From Patescibacteria group bacterium (GTDB lineage Bacteria > Patescibacteriota > Microgenomatia > UBA1406), in the NCBI GenBank assembly GCA_041665145.1, contig JBAYJK010000003.1:133177-197176 (forward strand): a stretch of 64,000 nt of DNA, given 5' to 3'. Numbering within the stretch: position 1 is the first letter of the stretch; the number at the start of each line of letters is the position of its first letter. Made by a program: the position numbers and the translations under genes. The notes under the pieces were generated by a model that had not been told where the DNA came from, made no database searches, and saw nothing but the letters and a program-made list of their open reading frames with translations. Shown here one piece after another: positions 51,873 to 59,257 of the stretch.

Positions 51873-51947
51873 GGTGGCTGTAGCTCAATTGGTTAGAGCG
51901 CTGCCCTGTGGAGGCAGAGGTTGCGGGTTCAAGTCCCGTCAGCCACC
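51873..51947 (+). tRNA. tRNA-His (anticodon GTG) with encoded G-1
   Basis: G-1 plus acceptor GTGGCTG/CAGCCAC, D arm GCTC-AATTGGTTA-GAGC, anticodon arm CTGCC-CTGTGGA-GGCAG, T arm GCGGG-TTCAAGT-CCCGT, discriminator C73 opposite G-1. Confidence 0.93.
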
Positions 51948-51958
51948 CATTCAACTGT

Positions 51959-51973
51959 AAGGGTTAAACCCTT
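51959..51973. repeat. Palindromic unit AAGGGTTAAACCCTT (same unit as in 47155-47185)
   Basis: Read directly. Lies 12 nt after the tRNA-His 3' end and overlaps the stop codon of the convergent DUF4256 gene. Confidence 0.85.
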
Positions 51974-52527
51974 AATGACCCACGAAATCCCCGGGCGGCG
52001 TAGTAAGAATCCGCACCGTTGTGGAAGACAAAAACACGGTTAAAACGACGGTCTGCAAACAAAGCACCACCGAGTTTCCGTACCTCGGGAGGTGTTTCTA
52101 CCCAACTGGATGTTGTGGTATCAAACTCCCCAAGTTCTTGCAGATATTCGTATTCTTCCTCTGTTAAGAGCTCAATCCCCATGGCGGCCGCCACGTCGAG
52201 GGCCGTATCTTTCGGTTTAGCAGTTTTGCGGTCTTCCCATGCTTTGTGGTCATAACACAAGCTACGTCTGCCCTGAGGGCTTTGTGGTGAACAATCAATA
52301 AAAATACACTCATTGGATTTTTTATCAAAAACAACAACATCCGGTTCACCCCCCGTTTTTTCCATCTCGTGCAAAGACCATAGCTTTTCCGTCTTTTCTT
52401 CCAACCGTTTCTGAATACTGGCCCATTCGCAAATTGAGTGACGTTTCATATTCTTCTCGAAACGGGTTTTCAATACTCCCAGCAACCTTTCACGATCTTC
52501 GGTTGAAAGTGTTTTTTGTTGTTTCAT
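51964..52527 (-). CDS. DUF4256 family protein
   Basis: 187 aa. ..LLGVLKTRFEKNMKRH....W..IQKRLE....KLWSLHEMEKTGGEPDVV.. matches my recollection of DUF4256. Function unknown. Confidence 0.6.
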   Translation of the reverse strand: MKQQKTLSTEDRERLLGVLKTRFEKNMKRHSICEWASIQKRLEEKTEKLWSLHEMEKTGGEPDVVVFDKKSNECIFIDCSPQSPQGRRSLCYDHKAWEDRKTAKPKDTALDVAAAMGIELLTEEEYEYLQELGEFDTTTSSWVETPPEVRKLGGALFADRRFNRVFVFHNGADSYYAARGFRGSLRV

Positions 52528-52533
52528 AAAAAT

Positions 52534-52542
52534 ATTGTAACA
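52534..52542 (-). promoter_or_regulatory. Extended -10 box TGTTACAAT, 6 nt upstream of ATG 52527
   Basis: Minus strand reads TGTTACAAT-attttt-ATG. Confidence 0.5.
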
Positions 52543-52596
52543 AAGATCACAATGTCAGTCAGGCGTATCCAGCACTAAGCCTTATAACAGCCTGTA

Positions 52597-52605
52597 TGAT
52601 ATAAT
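52597..52605 (+). promoter_or_regulatory. Extended -10 box TGATATAAT, 7 nt upstream of ATG 52613
   Basis: TGATATAAT-tacactc-ATG, read directly. Confidence 0.5.
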
Positions 52606-52612
52606 TACACTC

Positions 52613-53479
52613 ATGACAGTCGCAAAAGCAGACTTAGCAGCGCATATAGATGATCTTCCTGAAATGGCAGATCTTGTCGCATTACATGAAGCTCGAGTCG
52701 CTGAATTAACCAGATCTCTCTTCTTCAGATTAGATCGTATGGCAGCTAGTCTTATTGGTTTCAAAGGAGGAACTATTATTGAAGAAATTTTCAGGCGAAA
52801 AGCACCGGTTAACATGGACGGCCCAAGCGATATAAACCTGGACGGAATAGATCCAGTACTCAGACCTTTTATCCAAGATTGGAGATTTATGTGCCACGTT
52901 ACCACTGCAGACGGACGAAAAGTTGCGTACTCCATAAATTGTTTCCGGGGTTATATGAACCCGGAAATAATGGTCCCCGCAGACAATGGGTGGATTAGTT
53001 TTAACGTCCCCGTTGTAATTGACCCAAACGGATTTGCCAGAGTACATATTACCCGATATATTCATGACGCAGAAGACCAGTTCCAGAGAGCTGAATCATT
53101 AAAAACTTTCCAGGGAAATTACCAACGAGGCAATCCAATGTATGTCCTCATCAAAGAACTCCGTCAGAAATCGCAAAAATCCATTGAAATGCATTATGGC
53201 CTTCCAGACGAGAGAGGTGACATTAGCTTAATGGACGGCGAAACTGTTGTGGGTCTTGGACACGGTATCGGGCGCTTCAACAGTAGACAACGTACAGTAG
53301 ATTGGAATCACTCATTAAGCAGGGGTCAGGAGCCACAAACAACTACTGCCGGAAACACATTGACTCTTAATTACGGCGGGACAGATGTCTTCGCTTATCC
53401 TATTCAGACGAATGTGTATGATGAAATCCGAGCAATTGTCGGTCCGGGACTACTGCAACTTACCGGCGGAGGAAACTAA
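52613..53479 (+). CDS. Hypothetical protein (288 aa, no signal peptide)
   Basis: Long ORF with leaderless-type promoter geometry. No recognisable motif. Its 3' end overlaps the convergent deaminase gene by 30 nt. Confidence 0.55.
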   Translation: MTVAKADLAAHIDDLPEMADLVALHEARVAELTRSLFFRLDRMAASLIGFKGGTIIEEIFRRKAPVNMDGPSDINLDGIDPVLRPFIQDWRFMCHVTTADGRKVAYSINCFRGYMNPEIMVPADNGWISFNVPVVIDPNGFARVHITRYIHDAEDQFQRAESLKTFQGNYQRGNPMYVLIKELRQKSQKSIEMHYGLPDERGDISLMDGETVVGLGHGIGRFNSRQRTVDWNHSLSRGQEPQTTTAGNTLTLNYGGTDVFAYPIQTNVYDEIRAIVGPGLLQLTGGGN

Positions 53480-53929
53480 CAGATATTTCTTTTCCCACTC
53501 TTTCACAACTTGTAAGGCTTCTTCCTCTAGTTCGGGAACGTGGACCATTTCTATTTTCTCATTAAAGCTTTCCGTTAATGCATGTGTGTCTGCGTGTGTT
53601 TCGTAATAATCTCCGGAAACTTGGGATTTTGGAATAGCGTAGACAATTCTTCGGAGACCCGACCAATATGCGACCCCCATACACATAAGGCACGATTCAA
53701 GTCCTATGTACAAAGTTGCTCCTTTAAGCGATCCTGTTTGATTGAATGCTTTCGTTAGTGCATTTGAATCTGCATGAAAAAGTCCGGGGTACGGCACACT
53801 TACTTCAGATGACAAAACCTTACCATCTTTTACGACAACTGCGCCAGCCGGAAATCTGCCTTCCTCAAAAGATCTGAGGGAGTTTTCAATAGCAAGCTTG
53901 AGATATTTTAGATCCTCTTCTTGTGTCAT
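53450..53929 (-). CDS. CMP/dCMP-type zinc deaminase family protein with HAD in place of the canonical HAE
   Basis: FPAGAVVVKDGKV.., the His motif LFHADSNAL (Asp where the catalytic Glu normally sits) and the Cys motif LESCLMCMGV. Confidence 0.7.
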   Translation of the reverse strand: MTQEEDLKYLKLAIENSLRSFEEGRFPAGAVVVKDGKVLSSEVSVPYPGLFHADSNALTKAFNQTGSLKGATLYIGLESCLMCMGVAYWSGLRRIVYAIPKSQVSGDYYETHADTHALTESFNEKIEMVHVPELEEEALQVVKEWEKKYLLVSSAGKLQ

Positions 53930-53935
53930 GAAGAA

Positions 53936-53944
53936 ATTATAACA
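53936..53944 (-). promoter_or_regulatory. Extended -10 box TGTTATAAT, 6 nt upstream of ATG 53929
   Basis: Minus strand reads TGTTATAAT-ttcttc-ATG. Confidence 0.5.
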
Positions 53945-53966
53945 AACTGTACTTATATTTATTCTT

Positions 53967-53975
53967 TGCTATACT
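53967..53975 (+). promoter_or_regulatory. Extended -10 box TGCTATACT driving the SAM riboswitch-metK transcript
   Basis: TGCTATACT ends about 6 nt before the P1 helix of the riboswitch. Confidence 0.45.
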
Positions 53976-53978
53976 GTT

Positions 53979-54070
53979 TTCTTGTATCAGGAGCGATAGG
54001 GATTTACTCCCTATCCAGCAACCGTGCGTAGTGCAGCGGTGCTCATCCCGCCCATGGCGGGAGATACGCC
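53979..54070 (+). promoter_or_regulatory. SAM riboswitch (SAM-I/S-box clan) in the metK leader
   Basis: Hand fold: P1 GUAUC/GAUAC; P2 AUAGGGA-UUUAC-UCCCUAU; conserved AGCAACC; P3 CCGUGC../GCAGCGG; conserved GGUGCUCA; P4 UCCCGCC-CAUG-GGCGGGA; closing GAGAUAC. Sits directly upstream of metK. Confidence 0.7.
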
Positions 54071-54095
54071 AATTATTATAAATTATTGGAAACAT

Positions 54096-55196
54096 ATGAA
54101 AATCTTCACTTCCGAGAGCGTGTGTGCCGGTCATCCCGATAAAATTTGCGATCAGATTTCAGACTCTGTTCTGGACGCAGCATTAGAACAGGACCCCATG
54201 TCCCGCGTTGCCGTAGAGACCATGGTGGGAAAAGATATCTGTGTGATTATGGGTGAAGTCACCACTCACGCAAAGTTGAACTACGAACTTATTGCACGAG
54301 AAAGAATTGAAAAACTTGGGTATACCAAAGCGTCATACGGATTTTCAAACAAGTCGAAAATAGAAGTCCATATCCACGAACAGTCCGTAGAGATAGCGGA
54401 AGGTGTGGATGACAAAGGTGCCGGCGACCAGGGAATGATGTACGGGTATGCATGTAATGAAACAGCAGAGCTTATGCCCATGCCTATTTCCATAGCCCAT
54501 AAGCTCGCCAAAAGAATAGACGAAGTCCGTGAAAAAGCCATTCTTAAATATCTTAAACCGGACGGAAAAACGCAGGTATCGATCGCGTATGAAAATAATA
54601 TACCGAAAGTCATAACCGGAATAGTAATTGCAGTTCCACACGAAAAAAGCATTAAACTAGAACAGGTAAAAAAAGATCTTTACGAAAACGTAGTTATTCC
54701 GGTGGTGGAAAAATATGCAATTCCTTATAAGGATTGTCTATACATAGTAAATGGAACAGGAGTATGGCATAATGGCGGTCCAGCTTCAGACACGGGCCTT
54801 ACCGGAAGAAAAATAGTAGTAGATACCTACGGAGGAGTCGGGAGGATTGGGGGCGGGGCATTTTCCGGAAAAGATCCCACAAAAGTAGATCGTTCCGGCG
54901 CATATGCAGCGCGTTACCTTGCTAAAAATATTGTCGCACATTCATTTGCCAAAAAAGCTGAGGTCCGTTTGGCTTATTTTATTGGGGCAAAAGAGCCGGT
55001 GATGCTGGAGTTTGAAACATTCGGTACGGAGAAAGCCTCTGAAAAAGTAATTCATGACTTTCTCAAAGAAACGCTTGATACATCCGTCAGCGGAATTATA
55101 AAAGCATTCAATTTACGAAGACCTATCTACGTTCAAACCGCAGCATATGGCCATTTCGGGAAGGAAGGATTACCATGGGAAAAGATTGTCGGATAA
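54096..55196 (+). CDS. metK: S-adenosylmethionine synthetase
   Basis: FTSESVCAGHPDKICDQISD, GAGDQGMMYGYA, GGPASDTGLTGRKIVVDTYGG and GGGAFSGKDPTKVDRSGAY. Start trimmed to ATG 54096; the track start at 54024 lies inside the riboswitch. Confidence 0.95.
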   Translation: MKIFTSESVCAGHPDKICDQISDSVLDAALEQDPMSRVAVETMVGKDICVIMGEVTTHAKLNYELIARERIEKLGYTKASYGFSNKSKIEVHIHEQSVEIAEGVDDKGAGDQGMMYGYACNETAELMPMPISIAHKLAKRIDEVREKAILKYLKPDGKTQVSIAYENNIPKVITGIVIAVPHEKSIKLEQVKKDLYENVVIPVVEKYAIPYKDCLYIVNGTGVWHNGGPASDTGLTGRKIVVDTYGGVGRIGGGAFSGKDPTKVDRSGAYAARYLAKNIVAHSFAKKAEVRLAYFIGAKEPVMLEFETFGTEKASEKVIHDFLKETLDTSVSGIIKAFNLRRPIYVQTAAYGHFGKEGLPWEKIVG

Positions 55197-55199
55197 GTT

Positions 55200-55526
55200 T
55201 TAACGTCCTTTGTGCCCTTTAATGATTTTGATTCCGCGTAGTCCCATAATGAGCATGAGTAATATGGCAATTTTTTCGGCGTAGTAGTCATTTTGATTCA
55301 AAAACATCTTCATAAAAGGTGTATTTTGGTTAAAAGCCACATGGAAGAGTATCGAAATAGGTACGGTCAACCACAGCCATGACGACCGCGGAATCATGAT
55401 ACGTATCTTAAGAAAAAGCTTACTCAGAAGAGGCGCGAGCAGAAAAACTCCGACATACGCAAGTATGGTATCAAAAAGCGTAATTTCCCCAATTCTGAAC
55501 TGCCGTATATAAGCTAAGTAATCCAC
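55200..55526 (-). CDS. Hypothetical small membrane protein (3 TM)
   Basis: 108-aa hydrophobic ORF with a GTG start in leaderless geometry. Confidence 0.45.
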   Translation of the reverse strand: MDYLAYIRQFRIGEITLFDTILAYVGVFLLAPLLSKLFLKIRIMIPRSSWLWLTVPISILFHVAFNQNTPFMKMFLNQNDYYAEKIAILLMLIMGLRGIKIIKGHKGR

Positions 55527-55532
55527 GTAGTA

Positions 55533-55541
55533 AGAGTACCA
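55533..55541 (-). promoter_or_regulatory. Extended -10-like box TGGTACTCT, 6 nt upstream of GTG 55526
   Basis: Minus strand reads TGGTACTCT-tactac-GTG. Confidence 0.35.
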
Positions 55542-55573
55542 TAATTTCGCGAAGGTTTACCGACAAAGCCACA

Positions 55574-56707
55574 TCAGACAATTTCTCTCTTAAGACTCTC
55601 AGCAAGATGCACCATCAAATCATACGGAATCGTTTTACATATTCTCGCCAGCTCGCACATACAATTTTTGGCGGTCGGTATGTCGCTTATTATGATCACT
55701 TCATCGCCAACTTCCGGCTTTTTTACACCCGAAAGATCAATGGCGGTGATATTCATAGAAATCCTTCCTAAAATTTTACACTCGGTGTTTTTCACTAAAA
55801 CCAACCCCTTATTAGATAACCTTCGATCAATCCCATCATAATACCCCGCGGGTATAACTCCGATCACCATGTCCTTCGTTGCAGTGAATGTACATGAATA
55901 TCCGACTTTTTCGCCCTTTTTTAATGGCTTTATTTGGGCTATGGTTGACATAAAACTCAGCACCGGTTTCAAATCTATTTTTCCGAAAGATCGATCCGAT
56001 TTCTCCAACGGGCTGATCCCGTAGCTGACAATCCCCGCACGTACGAGGTTAAATACATCATCTTTTACTTTATGCGCGCCGCCGGAAGCAGATATATGTC
56101 TCCACTGAGGAAAAACTTCATTTTTCCTCAGGATTTGAAGAGCCTGCTTAAAACACGCAACCTGGCTATAGGTAAACGTGTTCTCATGAGGGTTGTCTGC
56201 ATCGGCAAGGTGAGAAGCCAACCCGACTATGCGGAGGTTTTTCAATTGCTTCACGTGCCTTACAAAATCTTCAAGTTTATCAAGCATTACGCCTTCCCTG
56301 TGCATCCCCGTATCGACAAAAATATGCACCGGACAATTTCTTTGCCCCTTGTTTAAGGCTCGGGCGGATTCTATGTCGAATATAGTAAAGTGGAACGGCA
56401 AGCGCTTCACCACATAGTTTTGCGGATCAGTATAACCAAGAATTAATATCGGAGTTTTTAGATGCAAGGAATTCAATTCATAAGCCTCATAAAGACTATC
56501 TACTGCCAAAAAAGCCGGTGAAAAAGAATCAAAAATAGGCGCAACGGTTTTAAGACCGTGTCCATAGGCATTACTTTTTAAGACCGGTGCGACTGCAAGA
56601 CCTGGTTGAGAAGCCAACAGTTGGTTGTGATTGAATAAAAGTGCATTCTTGCTTACCAAGATCCTGTTCAGGTGCTTGTACTGCTTCCTACCGGGCAATG
56701 CAACCAT
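55574..56707 (-). CDS. alr: Alanine racemase
   Basis: PLP-lysine motif APVLKSNAYGHGL, HIFVDTGMHREG and a C-terminal beta domain (GYSCTF..IPAGYYDG). 377 aa. Confidence 0.9.
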   Translation of the reverse strand: MVALPGRKQYKHLNRILVSKNALLFNHNQLLASQPGLAVAPVLKSNAYGHGLKTVAPIFDSFSPAFLAVDSLYEAYELNSLHLKTPILILGYTDPQNYVVKRLPFHFTIFDIESARALNKGQRNCPVHIFVDTGMHREGVMLDKLEDFVRHVKQLKNLRIVGLASHLADADNPHENTFTYSQVACFKQALQILRKNEVFPQWRHISASGGAHKVKDDVFNLVRAGIVSYGISPLEKSDRSFGKIDLKPVLSFMSTIAQIKPLKKGEKVGYSCTFTATKDMVIGVIPAGYYDGIDRRLSNKGLVLVKNTECKILGRISMNITAIDLSGVKKPEVGDEVIIISDIPTAKNCMCELARICKTIPYDLMVHLAESLKREIV

Positions 56708-56713
56708 ACTGCA

Positions 56714-56719
56714 ATTATA
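56714..56719 (-). promoter_or_regulatory. -10 box TATAAT, 6 nt upstream of ATG 56707
   Basis: Minus strand reads TATAAT-tgcagt-ATG. Confidence 0.45.
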
Positions 56720-56739
56720 CTCCCCAGAAGTTAATTAAA

Positions 56740-57234
56740 CTAATAATTTCTATTTAAAGGAAAATTATCTGGTAGCATACTTATCCCTCCAAACTCTTTG
56801 ACAACAACTGATTTGATTCGGCTTTTCAAGTCTTCCCTAATATGCGGATAGGTCATCTCGGATTCTCCGCCGATACTTTCACAATCGTCCTCAATAACAA
56901 TATCGGGCATTAAACGTTCTGCAACGTCTTTGTATTGTTCTCCTGTTTTCCGATATAAGAGGTTTTGGACATCGGGAAAACCGTACTTTGTGAGAACTCC
57001 ACGAATTATCTCTATTTCTTGTTCCGTATCCCTTGACGTTAAATAATATATTTCGGCGCCTCGTGACTTCCACATTTTTATCTTATCCACCGAGTTGTCA
57101 TTGGGCACATAGTTCTCAAATTTATGAACGATTTGGTCTTGATTTATTGTCATTCTCACCCGCTCTTCACGTGAAACACTCTTGCCGAAGTTTGGCATAA
57201 TTACTGTTCCTTCTGTAAAAATGAGTATCTTCAT
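56740..57234 (-). CDS. Hypothetical protein (164 aa)
   Basis: ORF 7 nt downstream of the previous gene. The alpha/beta pattern is vaguely HAD-like, but it lacks the DxD motif. Confidence 0.5.
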   Translation of the reverse strand: MKILIFTEGTVIMPNFGKSVSREERVRMTINQDQIVHKFENYVPNDNSVDKIKMWKSRGAEIYYLTSRDTEQEIEIIRGVLTKYGFPDVQNLLYRKTGEQYKDVAERLMPDIVIEDDCESIGGESEMTYPHIREDLKSRIKSVVVKEFGGISMLPDNFPLNRNY

Positions 57235-57241
57235 TAAGATA

Positions 57242-57718
57242 TTATGCCACGTGCGCGAAGACTACGCAGTAGTTATGACCGAATTTCTGGGAGCACTTCG
57301 GACAGTAGGCATAGTGAACATAATATTTCTTTGCCCGCAAATTCTTTTTTGCCAGGCGGGAATCCATATCTCTGAGCCATAAGGGAACGGCCTGATACGG
57401 ACCATCGTATACTCTGGTTAAAAAAGTACCGGACATTTGTACCATTTTGCCGTCAGGGATGGTTTTACTGACAGTCATGTTTATTTCGGACTTCCACGAA
57501 GACGGGTCATAACATAACATAAGAAAATCATTTTTCTTCGGCATTGCCTTTGCCTCCTCAATTTGCTGGGACATTTTTGTTATAACCGCGCCCATATTCA
57601 AGGGAATATGCATAATCTGAAGAACTGTGCCTTGCAGAAACAATTTATCTTTCCAGGTAAACTTTTTATCGTCGTATCGCTGAGGATCAAACCGAGAACA
57701 ACAGATTTTGGTTTTCAT
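57242..57718 (-). CDS. Hypothetical protein with C-terminal CPxC motif (158 aa)
   Basis: ..YYVHYAYCPKCSQKFGHNYCVVFAHV at the C-terminus. No family assigned. Confidence 0.5.
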   Translation of the reverse strand: MKTKICCSRFDPQRYDDKKFTWKDKLFLQGTVLQIMHIPLNMGAVITKMSQQIEEAKAMPKKNDFLMLCYDPSSWKSEINMTVSKTIPDGKMVQMSGTFLTRVYDGPYQAVPLWLRDMDSRLAKKNLRAKKYYVHYAYCPKCSQKFGHNYCVVFAHVA

Positions 57719-57779
57719 ATGCCCGATGATATACCATGAACCGACAGTACAACAATGATCGGGATCACATACTCCGGGT

Positions 57780-58640
57780 CTATGCCAAGAAAGAAAGAAG
57801 AATTATGCCTGCGAGCGCGGTAACAACACCTGCTATCTGCTGCATTTTTAATCGGTCTTTGAATACAAAATATGCCAGAACCGCAAACAACACCGGGTAT
57901 GAGCTTGCAATCGGAGCAACTACCGCCGTTTGTCCATTGGCTGCCGCCAGATTGTATGCAAATAATGCAGCAGTGAGTAAAAGTACATTGATTGTCATAA
58001 ATACTATGTTCTTCCTGCCTGTTGGTAATTCAAATTTAATCGATTTTGCTTTCATGAATAACAAGACAAGTGGAAAACCTGCCCACGAAATATACGCCGG
58101 CCAAAACCAGCCGATATTTCTTATGGGAATTTTAACGAAGGTAAAATACACTCCCCACGTCACCAACGAAACAAGAGCAAACGGTATTCCTTTATCCGAC
58201 AAAAGTTTTTTTAAGTTTGAATTCATAAAATCAAACGAAGAAAGTAAAAGTCCGACAAAGATAACCACCACGGAAAACACTTGGATCAAACTGATCCGTT
58301 CACCCAAAAAAATAACCGAGAGAATAACCACCAAACCTCCGAAGGAACCTGCAATAGTTCCAACAAGTGATGCGTTTCCTACTTTTATGCCCTCATAAAG
58401 TGACAGAAGGGGAATAACTCCGATAGGAATCAGCACAACAAGCCATACAGCAGTCTCTAACGTTATTTTAGTGAGTTCAGGAATTGCAAATGGCACGTAT
58501 AATGTGGCAATTACCATGCTCAGTATGTATGACCAGACTGCAGATGAGTACCCGCCGATTTTGCGCGCAACTAACCCGCCGAAAATATCAGCCGTTCCCC
58601 ACCCGACCAGTGCCGTCAGCGCAAATAAAATTGCAATCAT
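57780..58640 (-). CDS. EamA/DMT-superfamily transporter
   Basis: 286 aa, 10 TM in two EamA-like halves, with a GWGTADIFGG motif in TM1. Confidence 0.8.
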   Translation of the reverse strand: MIAILFALTALVGWGTADIFGGLVARKIGGYSSAVWSYILSMVIATLYVPFAIPELTKITLETAVWLVVLIPIGVIPLLSLYEGIKVGNASLVGTIAGSFGGLVVILSVIFLGERISLIQVFSVVVIFVGLLLSSFDFMNSNLKKLLSDKGIPFALVSLVTWGVYFTFVKIPIRNIGWFWPAYISWAGFPLVLLFMKAKSIKFELPTGRKNIVFMTINVLLLTAALFAYNLAAANGQTAVVAPIASSYPVLFAVLAYFVFKDRLKMQQIAGVVTALAGIILLSFLA

Positions 58641-58647
58641 GTTATTT

Positions 58648-58656
58648 ATTCTAACA
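58648..58656 (-). promoter_or_regulatory. Extended -10 box TGTTAGAAT, 7 nt upstream of ATG 58640
   Basis: Minus strand reads TGTTAGAAT-aaataac-ATG. Confidence 0.5.
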
Positions 58657-58703
58657 AATAGTCCGTAAATTAATGCTCCTTGTTATTACAACAAAAGTCT
58701 GCT

Positions 58704-59237
58704 ATGATACCTGTATTGGGAAATTTTAATAGAAACGAAAGATCAGGACCCCGCAGAGATGCCCCCCGTAGAGACTTCGGTGGTAATAGAGGTGGAGGAT
58801 TCGGAGGAAACAGAGGACCGGCAGAAATGCATGACGCAGTCTGTGATAGCTGCGGAAAACAATGCCAAGTACCATTCAGACCAAATGGAAGCAAACCCGT
58901 ATATTGTAGTGACTGCTTTAAGCAAATGGGTGGTGGACAAGATTCCGGTAGATTTCAAGACAGAGCACCACGTCGACCAGATTTCGATAGACAACCGAAT
59001 TTTGAGCGTCGATCAGACACAAGACCACAAGGTAATGATCAAACGTCGGAAATAAATCGTAAATTGGATCAGATATTGAAAATATTAACCCCGGCACCCG
59101 TAAAATCGGCCCCTGTGATCATGGCTGAACCGAAAGCTGAAAAAGTTGTTAAAGAAGACGTAAATGTTACCGTATTTGCTCCGAAAGTGAAGGCTGCCAA
59201 AAAAGTCGCAGCTACACCAGTAGTGGTGGAAGAATAA
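58704..59237 (+). CDS. RGG-rich CxxC-x17-CxxC zinc-ribbon protein
   Basis: CDSCGKQCQVPFRPNGSKPVYCSDCF has exact CxxC-17-CxxC spacing. It is flanked by an R/G/D-rich low-complexity N-terminus and a K/A/V-rich C-terminus. Start uncertain (TTG 58680 or ATG 58704). Confidence 0.65.
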   Translation: MIPVLGNFNRNERSGPRRDAPRRDFGGNRGGGFGGNRGPAEMHDAVCDSCGKQCQVPFRPNGSKPVYCSDCFKQMGGGQDSGRFQDRAPRRPDFDRQPNFERRSDTRPQGNDQTSEINRKLDQILKILTPAPVKSAPVIMAEPKAEKVVKEDVNVTVFAPKVKAAKKVAATPVVVEE

Positions 59238-59257
59238 TCTCCGCAAGCATATTCCCT

